Source: Flavobacteriaceae bacterium (lineage in GTDB: Bacteria; Bacteroidota; Bacteroidia; Flavobacteriales; Weeksellaceae). Taken from it: a DNA stretch of 64,000 bases. This document shows positions 50,853 through 60,957 of the stretch, piece after piece; position 1 is the stretch's first letter; each line of letters starts with the position of its first letter. The notes below the pieces were generated by a model. It worked only from the letters and a program-made list of their open reading frames with translations. It was not told the DNA's origin and did not search any database. The translations under genes were made by a program, and so were the position numbers. The DNA lies in NCBI GenBank assembly GCA_030529185.1, contig JAUMXI010000006.1:3159-67158 (forward strand), in the 5' to 3' direction.

Positions 50853-51911
50853 TCAACTCAACATCAACAAGACACCACCTGTAATGAGTAAATTCACCAA
50901 AGCCAATGGGATTAGAATTTTCCAGCCGAGGTGCATCAGTTGGTCGTATCGGAAGCGTGGAAGCGTCCATCTAATCCACATAAAAACAAAAATCAGCGAA
51001 AAAGTTTTGGTTAAAAATACCATTATACTAAAAATTCCTTCCCAGTTTTCGCCCCAATTTTCGCCAATCCAACTCAACCCAGGGAAATTATAACCTCCCA
51101 GAAACAAAGTGGTAATCAACGCACAAGAAATAAACATATTCACATACTCACCGAAAAGATACAGCCCCAATTTCATAGAACTATACTCCGTATGGAAACC
51201 TCCCACCAGCTCGGTTTCACACTCCGAAAGGTCAAACGGATGCCGATTGCACTCTGCCAAAGCCGCCGTAAAAAATATAACAAACGCCAAAGGCTGATAA
51301 AAAATATTCCAATTCAGTCCGTTGATTTCTACAATGCCGTAAAATTTACCAATAGTTTGGTTTTCAGTAATGATTTTCAAATCCAACGAACCATTCATCA
51401 AAATAATAGAAAGCAAAGCCAAACCCATCGCCAATTCATAAGAAATCATCTGCGAAGAGGCACGAATTGCCCCCATCAGAGAATATTTATTATTAGATGC
51501 CCAACCGCCAATCATCACGCCATACACCCCAACGGAAACCATTCCCAAAAGATATAAAACGCCCACATCTATATTCGCCACCTGCAAGTCAAATGACTGA
51601 CCTCCAATGTTTAAAGTCTTACCCCAAGGAATAATCGCCCCCGTGATGAGTGAAATGAACATCACCAAACCAGGACCTAAAATAAATAAAAATTTTTCTG
51701 CATTTTTCGGAATGAAATCTTCCTTAAAGAAAAATTTACCCCCGTCTGCCAAAGGTTGCAATAATCCCCAAAATCCCGCTCTATTCGGTCCTACTCTATC
51801 TTGCAAAAGTGCCGCCACTTTACGCTCTGCCCAAGTAGAATACGCTGCCACCCCCATAGATAAAAGGAAAAGTGCCAATACCAAAATAGTTTTAAAAATA
51901 ATTTCTTCCAT
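50853..51911 (-). CDS. nuoH: NADH-quinone oxidoreductase subunit H
   Basis: 352 aa with the NuoH/ND1 signature (…FAECNRHPFDLSECETELV…). Confidence 0.9.
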   Translation of the reverse strand: MEEIIFKTILVLALFLLSMGVAAYSTWAERKVAALLQDRVGPNRAGFWGLLQPLADGGKFFFKEDFIPKNAEKFLFILGPGLVMFISLITGAIIPWGKTLNIGGQSFDLQVANIDVGVLYLLGMVSVGVYGVMIGGWASNNKYSLMGAIRASSQMISYELAMGLALLSIILMNGSLDLKIITENQTIGKFYGIVEINGLNWNIFYQPLAFVIFFTAALAECNRHPFDLSECETELVGGFHTEYSSMKLGLYLFGEYVNMFISCALITTLFLGGYNFPGLSWIGENWGENWEGIFSIMVFLTKTFSLIFVFMWIRWTLPRFRYDQLMHLGWKILIPLALVNLLITGGVLLMLS

Positions 51912-51922
51912 TATTTCAAGGA

Positions 51923-52870
51923 TTATTTTTCGTTTTTATCTTCATAATGATTTAAGGAAATCACCGAATGACGATTGATTTTTCTTGCTCCCTCAATAGT
52001 CCAAAATTTCAAATCTTTCTTCTCGAAACGGCATTCATTGCAAATAAAACTCTCTACTTCGCCGTATTCATCTTTTCGTGCCGTCACTCTTATCACTTCT
52101 TCTCCTTTAAGCCAAACTACTGCATTTCCACTGCATTTTTCACATTGACAAGAGGCATTCATTGGCTTCGTGAACCAAACTCTCCCAGCAAATCGCGAGG
52201 TTTTATCCGTCAAGGCTCCCACTGGGCAAACATCAATCACATTTCCTGAAAAATCATTGGTAATTGCTTTATTAATATAAGTTGAAATTTCGGCATGTTC
52301 CCCTCGGAATAAAATCCCGTGTTCTCTCTTATCCGTTAGTTGATTCGCCAATAAAACGCATCTCGCACAGAGAATACACCTATTCATATGAAGTTTGATA
52401 TAAGGACCGATATCTTCTGGCTCAAAAGTTCTTCTTTCAAATTCTGTTCTCGTTCCACAATTTCCGTGTGCGTAGCTTAAATCTTGCAAATCGCATTCCC
52501 CTGCTTGGTCACAAACAGGGCAATCCAAAGGGTGGTTAAGCAACATAAACTCCGTAACGGCTTCCCTTGCCTCTAATGCCTTCTCCGAGGTTAAAACCTT
52601 GACTTCCATTCCGTCCATTACTTCGGTTTTACAACTTGCCACCAATTTCGGCATTGAGCGAGTATCCGTATCCGAAATTTTGGAAACCTCTACCAAACAA
52701 GTTCTGCACCTACCGCCACTATCTTTGAGTTTGCTATAATAACACATCGCTGGGGGAACAGATTTGCTCCCCATCTGTCTGGTAGCCTCTAAAATAGAAG
52801 TCCCTGACAAAACCTCTACCTCTTGCCCATCTATTTTAACTTTTATTTTCTTTTGTTCGGTGTTCATCAC
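51923..52870 (-). CDS. nuoG: NADH-quinone oxidoreductase subunit G, short Bacteroidota form (N-terminal Fe-S domains only)
   Basis: 315 aa with a 2Fe-2S ferredoxin N-terminus and 4Fe-4S motifs (…CPVCDQAGECDLQ…, …CILCARCV…). Confidence 0.85.
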   Translation of the reverse strand: MMNTEQKKIKVKIDGQEVEVLSGTSILEATRQMGSKSVPPAMCYYSKLKDSGGRCRTCLVEVSKISDTDTRSMPKLVASCKTEVMDGMEVKVLTSEKALEAREAVTEFMLLNHPLDCPVCDQAGECDLQDLSYAHGNCGTRTEFERRTFEPEDIGPYIKLHMNRCILCARCVLLANQLTDKREHGILFRGEHAEISTYINKAITNDFSGNVIDVCPVGALTDKTSRFAGRVWFTKPMNASCQCEKCSGNAVVWLKGEEVIRVTARKDEYGEVESFICNECRFEKKDLKFWTIEGARKINRHSVISLNHYEDKNEK

Positions 52871-52897
52871 TTCAACAATGGTTATTGTATTTTAATT

Positions 52898-54211
52898 TTA
52901 TTTGAATTTCTGTTTTGAACACAGTTCTGGGTTTTTAATATGCCATTCAAATTCTTCTCGGAAATGCCTAATCGCCGAAGCTACTGGCCACGCCGCCGCA
53001 TCTCCCAAAGGACAAATGGTATTCCCCTCTATCCTCCTTTGAATATCCCAAAGCAAATCTATATCTTTCAATTCACCTCTACCCTCTTCTATTTTCTTCA
53101 ACAAGCGATACATCCAGCCCGTTCCCTCTCGGCAAGGAGTGCATTGTCCGCAACTTTCGTGCATATAGAAATACGCCAAAGAAAGCGTATGCTTTACGAT
53201 ACATTGGTCTTCATCTAAAACGATAAAGCCCCCTGAACCCATCATCGTGCCTGTTTCAAAACCACCCTCTGCTAAGGACTCGTAGTTCATATAACGAGGT
53301 TTTCCCTCTGCTGTTTTTAATATTAAATGAGCCGGAAGAATTGGCACGGAGCTTCCGCCTGGGATACAAGCTTTCAACTTTTTACCATTGGGAATTCCCC
53401 CGCAATATTCATCGGAATAAATAAATTCTTCAACGGAAATCGTCATATCAATTTCATAAACCCCAGGTTTGTTGATATTTCCACAAGCAGAAAGCAACTT
53501 CGTTCCCGTAGATTTACCAACGCCTATTTTAGCATATTCTTCTCCTCCCAAATCTATAATTGGCACCACAGAGGCAATAGTTTCCACATTATTCACCACC
53601 GTAGGACATTGGTAAAGTCCCTTTACTGCTGGAAATGGTGGCTTGATGCGAGGATTTCCTCTTTTTCCCTCCAAAGATTCCAACAAGGCGGTTTCTTCAC
53701 CACAAATATACGCCCCTGCCCCACGATGAACATAAATTTCTAAATCAAAGCCACTGCCTAAAATATTTTTGCCCAATAGCCCTGCATTTTTGGCTTCGGT
53801 AATGGCTTCTTCTAAAATATCTGGAATCCAAGAGTATTCGCCACGAATGTAAATATAAGCCGTATTGCACCCCAAAGCATAAGCCGAAATGATAATGCCC
53901 TCCAACATAAGGTGCGGAATAAATTCCATCAAATACCTGTCTTTAAAGGTTCCTGGTTCAGACTCATCGGCATTAATGACCAAATATCTCGGTATGCCTT
54001 CTGGTTTTGCCAAAAAACTCCATTTTAGCCCCGTAGGAAATCCTGCCCCACCACGCCCACGCAAACCAGAGCGTTTTACCTCTTCGGTTATCTCATCTGG
54101 TTGCATTTTCAGTGCCTTCTCCAACGCCGAATAACCTCCCTGTTTTCGGTAGGTTTTCAAATAACGAATTCCCTCTATATGGGCGTCTTTTAGTAAGAGT
54201 TTTTTGCTCAT
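52898..54211 (-). CDS. nuoF: NADH-quinone oxidoreductase subunit F
   Basis: 437 aa with FMN/NADH-binding GRGGAGFPTGLKW and a 4Fe-4S site near the C-terminus. Confidence 0.9.
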   Translation of the reverse strand: MSKKLLLKDAHIEGIRYLKTYRKQGGYSALEKALKMQPDEITEEVKRSGLRGRGGAGFPTGLKWSFLAKPEGIPRYLVINADESEPGTFKDRYLMEFIPHLMLEGIIISAYALGCNTAYIYIRGEYSWIPDILEEAITEAKNAGLLGKNILGSGFDLEIYVHRGAGAYICGEETALLESLEGKRGNPRIKPPFPAVKGLYQCPTVVNNVETIASVVPIIDLGGEEYAKIGVGKSTGTKLLSACGNINKPGVYEIDMTISVEEFIYSDEYCGGIPNGKKLKACIPGGSSVPILPAHLILKTAEGKPRYMNYESLAEGGFETGTMMGSGGFIVLDEDQCIVKHTLSLAYFYMHESCGQCTPCREGTGWMYRLLKKIEEGRGELKDIDLLWDIQRRIEGNTICPLGDAAAWPVASAIRHFREEFEWHIKNPELCSKQKFK

Positions 54212-54228
54212 TTTTAGTTTTTAATTAT

Positions 54229-54744
54229 TTATTCCAAAGCCAACTTCCCCTCTCTGCACAGTTGCAAAATTTCATCTATTTTTTCTTTGGTTAAATTTTC
54301 GTGGTAAAACTTCCCCAGTTGCATCATTGGAGCATAACCACACGCTCCCAAACATTGTGCAGATTTTATCGTAAATAGTCCATCTGCCGTAGTTTCGCCC
54401 TCGTCTATGCCTAATTTTTCTTTCACATAGTTTAGAATTTCATCGCTTCCCCTCAATAGACAAGGTCCTGTAATGCAAATCTCTAAAACATATTTGCCCA
54501 CAGGTTTTAGGTTGAACATCGTGTAAAAAGTAGCCACTTCATAGACTTCTATTGGATTTAATGATAATAAATCTGCTACATAATCCATCACAGGGACATC
54601 CAACCAACCGCCAGACTCCCTTTGAGTCAAGTGCAAAACAGGAATTAGAGCCGATTTTTGTCGCCCCTCTGGATATTTCGCAATGATTTTTGCTACCTCC
54701 TCCAAAACTTCCGAACTGAAAACTACTTCTTTACTCATATTCAA
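54229..54744 (-). CDS. nuoE: NADH-quinone oxidoreductase subunit E
   Basis: 171 aa with a thioredoxin-like 2Fe-2S fold (…CLGACGYAPMMQ…). Confidence 0.85.
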   Translation of the reverse strand: MNMSKEVVFSSEVLEEVAKIIAKYPEGRQKSALIPVLHLTQRESGGWLDVPVMDYVADLLSLNPIEVYEVATFYTMFNLKPVGKYVLEICITGPCLLRGSDEILNYVKEKLGIDEGETTADGLFTIKSAQCLGACGYAPMMQLGKFYHENLTKEKIDEILQLCREGKLALE

Positions 54745-54768
54745 GTTATTAGGATAACTTTTTTAAAT

Positions 54769-55272
54769 TTAACTTTCGTGAGAAATATCAATGATGTTAT
54801 AATTTACATCAAAATAAACGACCATTAGTTCATCGGTAAAATCAGGATTAAAACTTAAATCCATTATAAAAGTTTGTTCATTTGAATTTCCTTCTATACA
54901 ACCGAAACGATTTATTTTTAAATAATCTACCATTTGGGTAAAAGTGATATCGCCTACATTTTCCGTTTGTAATAACTCTGCGAGACTATCAGCCAATTCT
55001 TCTTTATGAAATTTCATAAAATATAATACTATTTCATAAAACTCACCATCTTGATTTTGCAAAGTTTTACGCAATTTTTCTTTTGCTAAAACTTCCAACT
55101 GCTCAACATTATCAAGTGCCGTGGCAACGATGTCCATTTTCTCCCCATCTGATGTAAAACCTTCTTCTACATCAAAATAAAATCCCAACTCTGTCTCATC
55201 AGGCGAAAGCCAAATGTCTTCTCCTTTTTCGTAAGAGATGTTCGGATACTTTTTGCTATTTAACTTCATCAT
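54769..55272 (-). CDS. hypothetical acidic cytoplasmic protein inserted between nuoE and nuoD
   Basis: 167-aa ORF with clean coding statistics, 24-25 nt gaps to both neighbours, and the same strand as the nuo genes. I do not recognise any family; it has no TM segment and no Cys/His clusters. Confidence 0.5.
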   Translation of the reverse strand: MMKLNSKKYPNISYEKGEDIWLSPDETELGFYFDVEEGFTSDGEKMDIVATALDNVEQLEVLAKEKLRKTLQNQDGEFYEIVLYFMKFHKEELADSLAELLQTENVGDITFTQMVDYLKINRFGCIEGNSNEQTFIMDLSFNPDFTDELMVVYFDVNYNIIDISHES

Positions 55273-55295
55273 AATATTTATTTTAAAATTAAAAT

Positions 55296-56501
55296 TTAAG
55301 CATCCAACTCCCCAGCGATAATATTCATACTACTCATCGTGATAATAGCATCGGAAATCATACTGCCTTTAATCATCTCTGGATAAGCCTGATAATAAAT
55401 GAAACACGGTCTTCTAAAATGCAAACGATACGGCGACCGCCCCCCATCGCTCACCAAATAAAATCCCAATTCTCCATTGCCTCCTTCCACGCTATAATAT
55501 ACCTCGCCAATAGGAACATTTACCTCGCCCATCACAATTTTAAAATGATAAATCAACGCTTCCATTTTGGTATAAACATCGGCTTTTTCTGGTAAATAAA
55601 AATCTGGAACATCTGCGTGGAAATTTCCTTCTGGCAAGTTTTCATACGCATTTTTAATCAGCTTAAAACTCTCCCAAATCTCCTGCTGTCGCACCATAAA
55701 TCTATCGTAAGTATCCCCAGAAGTACCGATTGGAATGATAAAATCAAAATCCTCATACGAAGAATAAGGCTCCGCTACGCGAACATCATAATCCACCCCC
55801 GCTGCACGAAGATTAGGACCTGTAAAACCATAAGACAAAGCCCTCTCTGCACTAATCCCTCCCACATCTATGGTTCTATCCATAAAAATTCTGTTTCGCT
55901 CCAATAAATCGCAAAACTCCTGAAATCTTTTAGGAAAATTTTTAATAAAATCCTTTATCAACTCGTGAAATTTCGGGCTAAAATCTCGCTCAAATCCGCC
56001 TATTCTTCCCATATTGGTGGTCATTCTCGCTCCGCAAACCTCCTCATACATATCATAAATTCGTTCCCTATCTTGGAAAATATAAGTGAATCCCGTAATC
56101 GCCCCAGTATCCACTCCAATCACGCCATTGCAAACCAAATGGTCGGCTATCCTTGCCAATTCCATCATAATAATTCGCATATAATCCACGCGTTTTGGCA
56201 CTTGGCAACCAATCAGCTTTTCCATTGTGAGATGCCAACCAATGTTATTAATGGGTGATGAGCAATAATTAAGTCTATCCGTAAGAGTGGTAATTTGGCT
56301 ATAATTTCTTCTCTCTGCAATTTTCTCAAACGCCCTATGGATATAGCCTACCGTTTGTTCGGAGTGCAAAATTTTCTCGCCGTCCATTGTCAAAATATTT
56401 TGAAATATTCCGTGAGTAGCAGGGTGAGTTGGCCCTAAATTTAAGGTGTAAAAACTCTCCTCTTTTTGGTTTAAAATATTTGACAATTGGTTATCTTTCA
56501 T
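55296..56501 (-). CDS. nuoD: NADH-quinone oxidoreductase subunit D
   Basis: 401 aa with 49-kDa subunit signatures (…LNLGPTHPATHG…), ending …AGELDA. Confidence 0.9.
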   Translation of the reverse strand: MKDNQLSNILNQKEESFYTLNLGPTHPATHGIFQNILTMDGEKILHSEQTVGYIHRAFEKIAERRNYSQITTLTDRLNYCSSPINNIGWHLTMEKLIGCQVPKRVDYMRIIMMELARIADHLVCNGVIGVDTGAITGFTYIFQDRERIYDMYEEVCGARMTTNMGRIGGFERDFSPKFHELIKDFIKNFPKRFQEFCDLLERNRIFMDRTIDVGGISAERALSYGFTGPNLRAAGVDYDVRVAEPYSSYEDFDFIIPIGTSGDTYDRFMVRQQEIWESFKLIKNAYENLPEGNFHADVPDFYLPEKADVYTKMEALIYHFKIVMGEVNVPIGEVYYSVEGGNGELGFYLVSDGGRSPYRLHFRRPCFIYYQAYPEMIKGSMISDAIITMSSMNIIAGELDA

Positions 56502-56519
56502 TGTTATTATTGATATTTT

Positions 56520-57023
56520 TTATCTTCCGAACATTGAGTCATCTTTATCCTCTCGGGTTTCATCTTCTAAACGATATTGCTTCAACATAGGGTGATAACC
56601 CAAATTTTCATCATTTAAAATTACCCTTAAATCTGGATGTCCTTTAAAACGAATACCATAGAAATCAAAAGTTTCTCGCTCCATCCAATTTGCCCCCAAA
56701 AACAAATCCGTAATTGTATCTACCTCAGCATTTTCCATTGAAAAAAAAGTTTTGAGCCTAACTCTTATATTGCTTTCCAAATTATGCAAATGGTAAATCA
56801 CCCCCAGCTCTTTCCCTTGATTTTCAGGGTAATGAATGCCACAGATATCCGTCAAAAAAGCAAAACCTAAATTGGTCTTTAAAAATACAATCAATGCTTT
56901 GATTTCCTCTTTTTCAATTTCAATAGTCAATAATCCATAAGGTTCAGATATTGAATTGATTTTATGAGAAAAATTATTTTTAATTTCCGTTAAAAGCAAT
57001 GATTTATCCATTATTTTATACAT
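56520..57023 (-). CDS. nuoC: NADH-quinone oxidoreductase subunit C
   Basis: 167 aa, 30-kDa subunit, separate from nuoD. Confidence 0.85.
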   Translation of the reverse strand: MYKIMDKSLLLTEIKNNFSHKINSISEPYGLLTIEIEKEEIKALIVFLKTNLGFAFLTDICGIHYPENQGKELGVIYHLHNLESNIRVRLKTFFSMENAEVDTITDLFLGANWMERETFDFYGIRFKGHPDLRVILNDENLGYHPMLKQYRLEDETREDKDDSMFGR

Positions 57024-57558
57024 TATAACTATCCAACAAATGTTGATATTCTGGCAAATCTCTTCGTCTTAAACTTTCGGATTTCGCTAACTCTTGCACT
57101 TGCATAAAACCTTCTATAATCTGCTCTGGGCGAGGCGGACAGCCTGGCACATACACATCTACGGGAATCACTTTATCCACTCCCTGCAAAACTGAATAAG
57201 TATCAAAAATGCCACCACTACAGGCACAAGCCCCCACGGCAATTACCCATTTGGGTTCCGCCATTTGAATATAAACCTGCTTCAAAACAGGGGCTAATTT
57301 TTTAGAAATAGTGCCACAAACCATTAAAACATCGGCTTGTCTTGGTGAGAAACTCAAACGCTCTGCCCCAAACCTTGCCAAGTCATAATTAGGCATCATC
57401 ATCGCCATAAATTCAATTCCACAACAAGAAGTCGCAAAAGGCAATGGCCAAAGCGAATTGGCACGAGCCAAGCCAATCAACGAACTCAACTGCGTGGCAA
57501 AAAAGCCTTCTCCACTATACCCGTCGGGGGCATTTACTATTTTAATTTTTTCAGCCAT
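57016..57558 (-). CDS. nuoB: NADH-quinone oxidoreductase subunit B
   Basis: 180 aa with CCxxE…GxCxxxGG…C…P motifs for the N2 cluster. Confidence 0.9.
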   Translation of the reverse strand: MAEKIKIVNAPDGYSGEGFFATQLSSLIGLARANSLWPLPFATSCCGIEFMAMMMPNYDLARFGAERLSFSPRQADVLMVCGTISKKLAPVLKQVYIQMAEPKWVIAVGACACSGGIFDTYSVLQGVDKVIPVDVYVPGCPPRPEQIIEGFMQVQELAKSESLRRRDLPEYQHLLDSYNV

Positions 57559-57573
57559 TTTCTACTTTTTGAT

Positions 57574-57942
57574 TTATTTTTCCCAATCCAAAGCTCCCCT
57601 TTTCAACACATAAAAATACCCCATAAAAAATACAGCTACAAAAGTTAGCACCGCTATAAAACCGCCCCAACCAAGCTCCTTAAAATTAACGGCATAAGGA
57701 TAGAAAAAAACGATTTCTATATCAAATAAAACGAACAAAACTGCCGTCATAAAATACTTTACCGAAAATGGTTTTCTCGCATTTCCTTGCACTTCCACGC
57801 CACATTCAAAGGGGTCATCTTTTTGCTTTCCTCGCACTTTTCTTGGACCTAAAAGATGAGAGGCAATCAAAGTAAATACCACAAAGCCCAATGCCACAGC
57901 AATTTGGATAAGTATCGGAAGGTAATTTTCTGGCAAGTTCAT
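57574..57942 (-). CDS. nuoA: NADH-quinone oxidoreductase subunit A
   Basis: 122 aa, 3 TM, first gene of the operon. On the minus strand a TAAATTTG motif lies about 20 nt upstream of its ATG. Confidence 0.85.
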   Translation of the reverse strand: MNLPENYLPILIQIAVALGFVVFTLIASHLLGPRKVRGKQKDDPFECGVEVQGNARKPFSVKYFMTAVLFVLFDIEIVFFYPYAVNFKELGWGGFIAVLTFVAVFFMGYFYVLKRGALDWEK

Positions 57943-57992
57943 TTTTAAAATTCTTCTACAAATTTACAGAATATAAATTTATTTTTCACTAT

Positions 57993-58025
57993 AAAAAAAC
58001 GGTTTAAGGCATAAACCTTAAACCG
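57993..58025 (-). terminator. rho-independent terminator downstream of secG, separating it from the nuo promoter region
   Basis: Perfect 10-bp stem CGGTTTAAGG (58000-58009) with CCTTAAACCG (58016-58025). The A7 run at 57993-57999 becomes a U-run after the hairpin on the minus transcript. Confidence 0.65.
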
Positions 58026-58061
58026 ATAAAATCAAATTATTAACCAAAAAAACATACTCTT

Positions 58062-58403
58062 TTATTTCTTTGTTTCCGTAGTTGGTTGAACTTCTTGTTT
58101 TTTCTCCGTTTCAACTTTCTTTGAAGTTGTATTTTTCTGCACTTGAGGAGCATTTGGCAAAGCTATCGTAGATGGTTTGGCTGTAAGCACAACACTTAAA
58201 AAGATAAGTGCTAAAATAACGCTTCCTAAAGTCCAAGTAGCTTTTTCCATAAAATCATTGGTTCGCTGAATTCCAAAAGACGCAGAAGATGTACCTCCAA
58301 AAGTCCCAGAAAGCCCTCCTCCCTTTGGGTTTTGAGCCAAAATAATAATCACCAGTAAGATACAAGCTATCACAATAGCCACCATTAGTATCGTAAATAT
58401 CAT
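58062..58403 (-). CDS. secG: preprotein translocase subunit SecG
   Basis: 113 aa with two TM helices and a Gly-rich loop (…QNPKGGGLSGTFGG…). Confidence 0.75.
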   Translation of the reverse strand: MIFTILMVAIVIACILLVIIILAQNPKGGGLSGTFGGTSSASFGIQRTNDFMEKATWTLGSVILALIFLSVVLTAKPSTIALPNAPQVQKNTTSKKVETEKKQEVQPTTETKK

Positions 58404-58472
58404 AATAGTTTTATTTTAATCAAAATTTCCTGCAAATATAATACTTTTTCTTGAAAACTTAAAAATTTGATG

Positions 58473-59672
58473 TTATTTCTTTATCAAAGCCATATAAAAA
58501 CCATCGTATCCCCTACTTGGCATAATACTTTCTTCTTTTAACAAAGAAAAATCGGGATTATTGGCTAAGAATTTTTGCACTTGCTTTTCATTCTCGGAAG
58601 GTAAAATAGAACAAGTGGCATACACCATCATTCCACCTTTCTTCAGTATTTTAGCATAATTTTGAAGAATATTTTCTTGCTCGGTTTTTATTCGATTAAT
58701 GAAATCTTCATCTATTTTCCATTTGCTATCAGGATTTCTTTTCAAAACCCCCAAGCCTGAACAAGGTGCGTCAATTAAAAGTCTATCTGCCGTATTGTGC
58801 AACCTTTTGATGGTTTTAGAATCCTCTATCAATCGCGTTTCTATATTGAAAGCCCCAGCTCTTTTTGCTCTGCGTTTGAGTTCTGCCAACTTCCATTGAT
58901 GAATGTCCAAAGCGATGATTTGCCCTTTATTTTTCATTTTCGCAGCCAAATGAAGGGTTTTCCCCCCTGCTCCCGCACAAGCATCTACCACACGCATTCC
59001 CTCTTTCACCTCTAAAAATTCGGCAATTTTCTGTGAAGAAGCGTCTTGAACCTCAAAAAAACCTTCCTTAAAAGCCGAGGTTAGGAACACATTTTTTTTC
59101 TCCACCAACTGCACAGCATCAGGGTAATCTCTCAACGCAACGGCTTCTACTCCTTCTTCCTTTAAAACCTCTACCAACTCATTTGCGGAAATTTTTAAAG
59201 TATTGGCTCTCAAAACCACAGGAGCTTGTTCGTTCATTGCTTTCATTTCTCGCTCCCATTTTCCGCCTAATTCCGCTTCCAAAGTAGTCGCCAACCAATC
59301 TGGTATAGAATGCTCTATGGCTTTTGTAGGGAATGTTCCTTTTTTTAATTTAGCCAAAACATCAGCGATTTTAATTCCCTCAAACTCATCAAATTTTTTG
59401 TAATGCGTGTCCGTCCAAAGCAAATACGCCAAAATTATCTTGTATAAATTAGAAGGTTTTGCCCCCTCGCCAATATAGTATTCCAAACGCTTTTTCCAGC
59501 GAACAATTCCGTAAAAAATCTCCGAAACCACTTGTCTGTCGGCACTTCCCCATTTTTTATTCGCTTTCAACAACCTTTCTAAAACCTTATCTGCATATTT
59601 TCTTTCTTGAAAAAATGTTTCTTGCAAAGCATCGTGAATGCCAATCAGGAGGTTTCTGTGTATTAATTCCAT
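58473..59672 (-). CDS. RsmB/RsmF (NOL1/NOP2/Sun) family rRNA cytosine-C5 methyltransferase
   Basis: 399 aa with SAM-binding VVDACAGAGGKT and catalytic IDAPCSGLG. Confidence 0.8.
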   Translation of the reverse strand: MELIHRNLLIGIHDALQETFFQERKYADKVLERLLKANKKWGSADRQVVSEIFYGIVRWKKRLEYYIGEGAKPSNLYKIILAYLLWTDTHYKKFDEFEGIKIADVLAKLKKGTFPTKAIEHSIPDWLATTLEAELGGKWEREMKAMNEQAPVVLRANTLKISANELVEVLKEEGVEAVALRDYPDAVQLVEKKNVFLTSAFKEGFFEVQDASSQKIAEFLEVKEGMRVVDACAGAGGKTLHLAAKMKNKGQIIALDIHQWKLAELKRRAKRAGAFNIETRLIEDSKTIKRLHNTADRLLIDAPCSGLGVLKRNPDSKWKIDEDFINRIKTEQENILQNYAKILKKGGMMVYATCSILPSENEKQVQKFLANNPDFSLLKEESIMPSRGYDGFYMALIKK

Positions 59673-59767
59673 TTAGTTTTAAAATTTAGTGCAAAAGTAG
59701 AATATTTTAAATTATCTCTTATCTAAAATATTATCTTAATTTTATATTTCATCTTAATTCATTACCT

Positions 59768-60133
59768 TTGCAATTATTAAATACAGAAATTAAAATGAGT
59801 GATACAATAATTTGCCCAGCATGTAGCTCGGAATATACTTACGAAAATGGAGATTTAATGGCTTGTTCGCAATGCTTCCACGAGTGGAATCCAGCGGAAG
59901 AATCGGCTAATAGTGGAGATAAAATTTTTGATTCTAACGGGAATGAGTTGCAAAACGGCGATACGGTAGTCGTTATCAAAGATTTGCCTGTAAAAGGAGC
60001 TCCAAAGCCGGTAAAAGCAGGAACAAAAGTAAAAAACATCCGTTTAAATTTTGATAGCGACCACAATATTGATTGCAAAATTGATGGATTTGGCTCAATG
60101 GGATTAAAATCTGAATTTGTAAAAAAAGCATAA
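59768..60133 (+). CDS. PhnA/YjdC-family zinc-ribbon protein
   Basis: 121 aa with N-terminal CPACSSEY…CSQCFHEW zinc ribbon and a C-terminal PhnA-like beta domain (…[30 protein letters not shown]…). Confidence 0.7.
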   Translation: MQLLNTEIKMSDTIICPACSSEYTYENGDLMACSQCFHEWNPAEESANSGDKIFDSNGNELQNGDTVVVIKDLPVKGAPKPVKAGTKVKNIRLNFDSDHNIDCKIDGFGSMGLKSEFVKKA

Positions 60134-60137
60134 AACA

Positions 60138-60809
60138 ATGAAAAACAAAGTTTTAAAATCAAGACTTATAGCTCTTGCAATTGTTTTGGGCGTTTCATTT
60201 ACGCTTCAATCTTGCAAGAAAGACAATGTTTCTGACAAGGAAGCTCAACAAGTAGAAAAAATAACTGATGCCACGCTCTTTGATGTTGATAAAGAATTGA
60301 GTAATATAGATTGGAAAGGTTATAAAATCTTTAAATCTGAGAAAACCAGCCATTTCGGAACGCTGAAATTTTCAGAAGGGGAAATTGGCGTGAAAGACAA
60401 TCAAATCGTTTCAGGGAAGTTCGTTGCAGATATGCATTCTTTGGCAAACACAGACTTAGCAGATAATAAAGAAGCGTCTGAAAAACTTGATGGACATCTA
60501 AAAAGTGTGGATTTCTTCAATGTAGAAAAATATCCAACGGCGACTTTTGAAATTACCAAAATTACACCAAAAACAGAAGGAGACTACAACAGCACTGTTG
60601 AAGGAAATCTAACCATCAAAGAAACGACAAAATCCGTTAGCTTTAATGCTAATCTTTCTATTGATGGAGAACAAATTAGCCTTTCAACAGAACCAACAGA
60701 TATTGATAGAACGCTCTTTGGGGTAGAATTTCAATCTCCAATAGAAAACGGCGTGATTAAAAATGAGATGACTTTACAAATCAATCTCAAAGCCAAACTT
60801 AGAAAATAA
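60138..60809 (+). CDS. YceI-like family lipoprotein
   Basis: 223 aa with lipobox …TLQSCKKD and a YceI-like beta-barrel pattern. 5 nt downstream of the phnA-like gene. Confidence 0.55.
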   Translation: MKNKVLKSRLIALAIVLGVSFTLQSCKKDNVSDKEAQQVEKITDATLFDVDKELSNIDWKGYKIFKSEKTSHFGTLKFSEGEIGVKDNQIVSGKFVADMHSLANTDLADNKEASEKLDGHLKSVDFFNVEKYPTATFEITKITPKTEGDYNSTVEGNLTIKETTKSVSFNANLSIDGEQISLSTEPTDIDRTLFGVEFQSPIENGVIKNEMTLQINLKAKLRK

Positions 60810-60848
60810 TTTTTTCATTTTTTAAAGTTTTAATTGTTAATCTACAAA

Positions 60849-60886
60849 ACCTATTTCTACAAACAAGGTAGAGATAGGTTTTTTTA
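60849..60886 (+). terminator. rho-independent terminator after the yceI-like gene
   Basis: 12-bp stem ACCTATTTCTAC/GTAGAGATAGGT (one G-U pair) with loop aaacaag, followed by TTTTTTT. Confidence 0.65.
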
Positions 60887-60957
60887 TTGTTTTTAGAGTC
60901 TATGTATTTTGCCAAAATTCTTAAAAGTTGTATTTTTGCAGGATTAATAGAAGAAAA

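Noticed and set aside
60928-60957. ORF-track N-terminal extensions of pheS (60928), metK (28967), cyclase (62883) and bamD (12643)
   Set aside because: The extensions add residues that do not match conserved N-termini (e.g. MetK normally begins M[16 protein letters not shown]), so I preferred internal Met starts. The track also accepts GTG as Met, e.g. at 63981.
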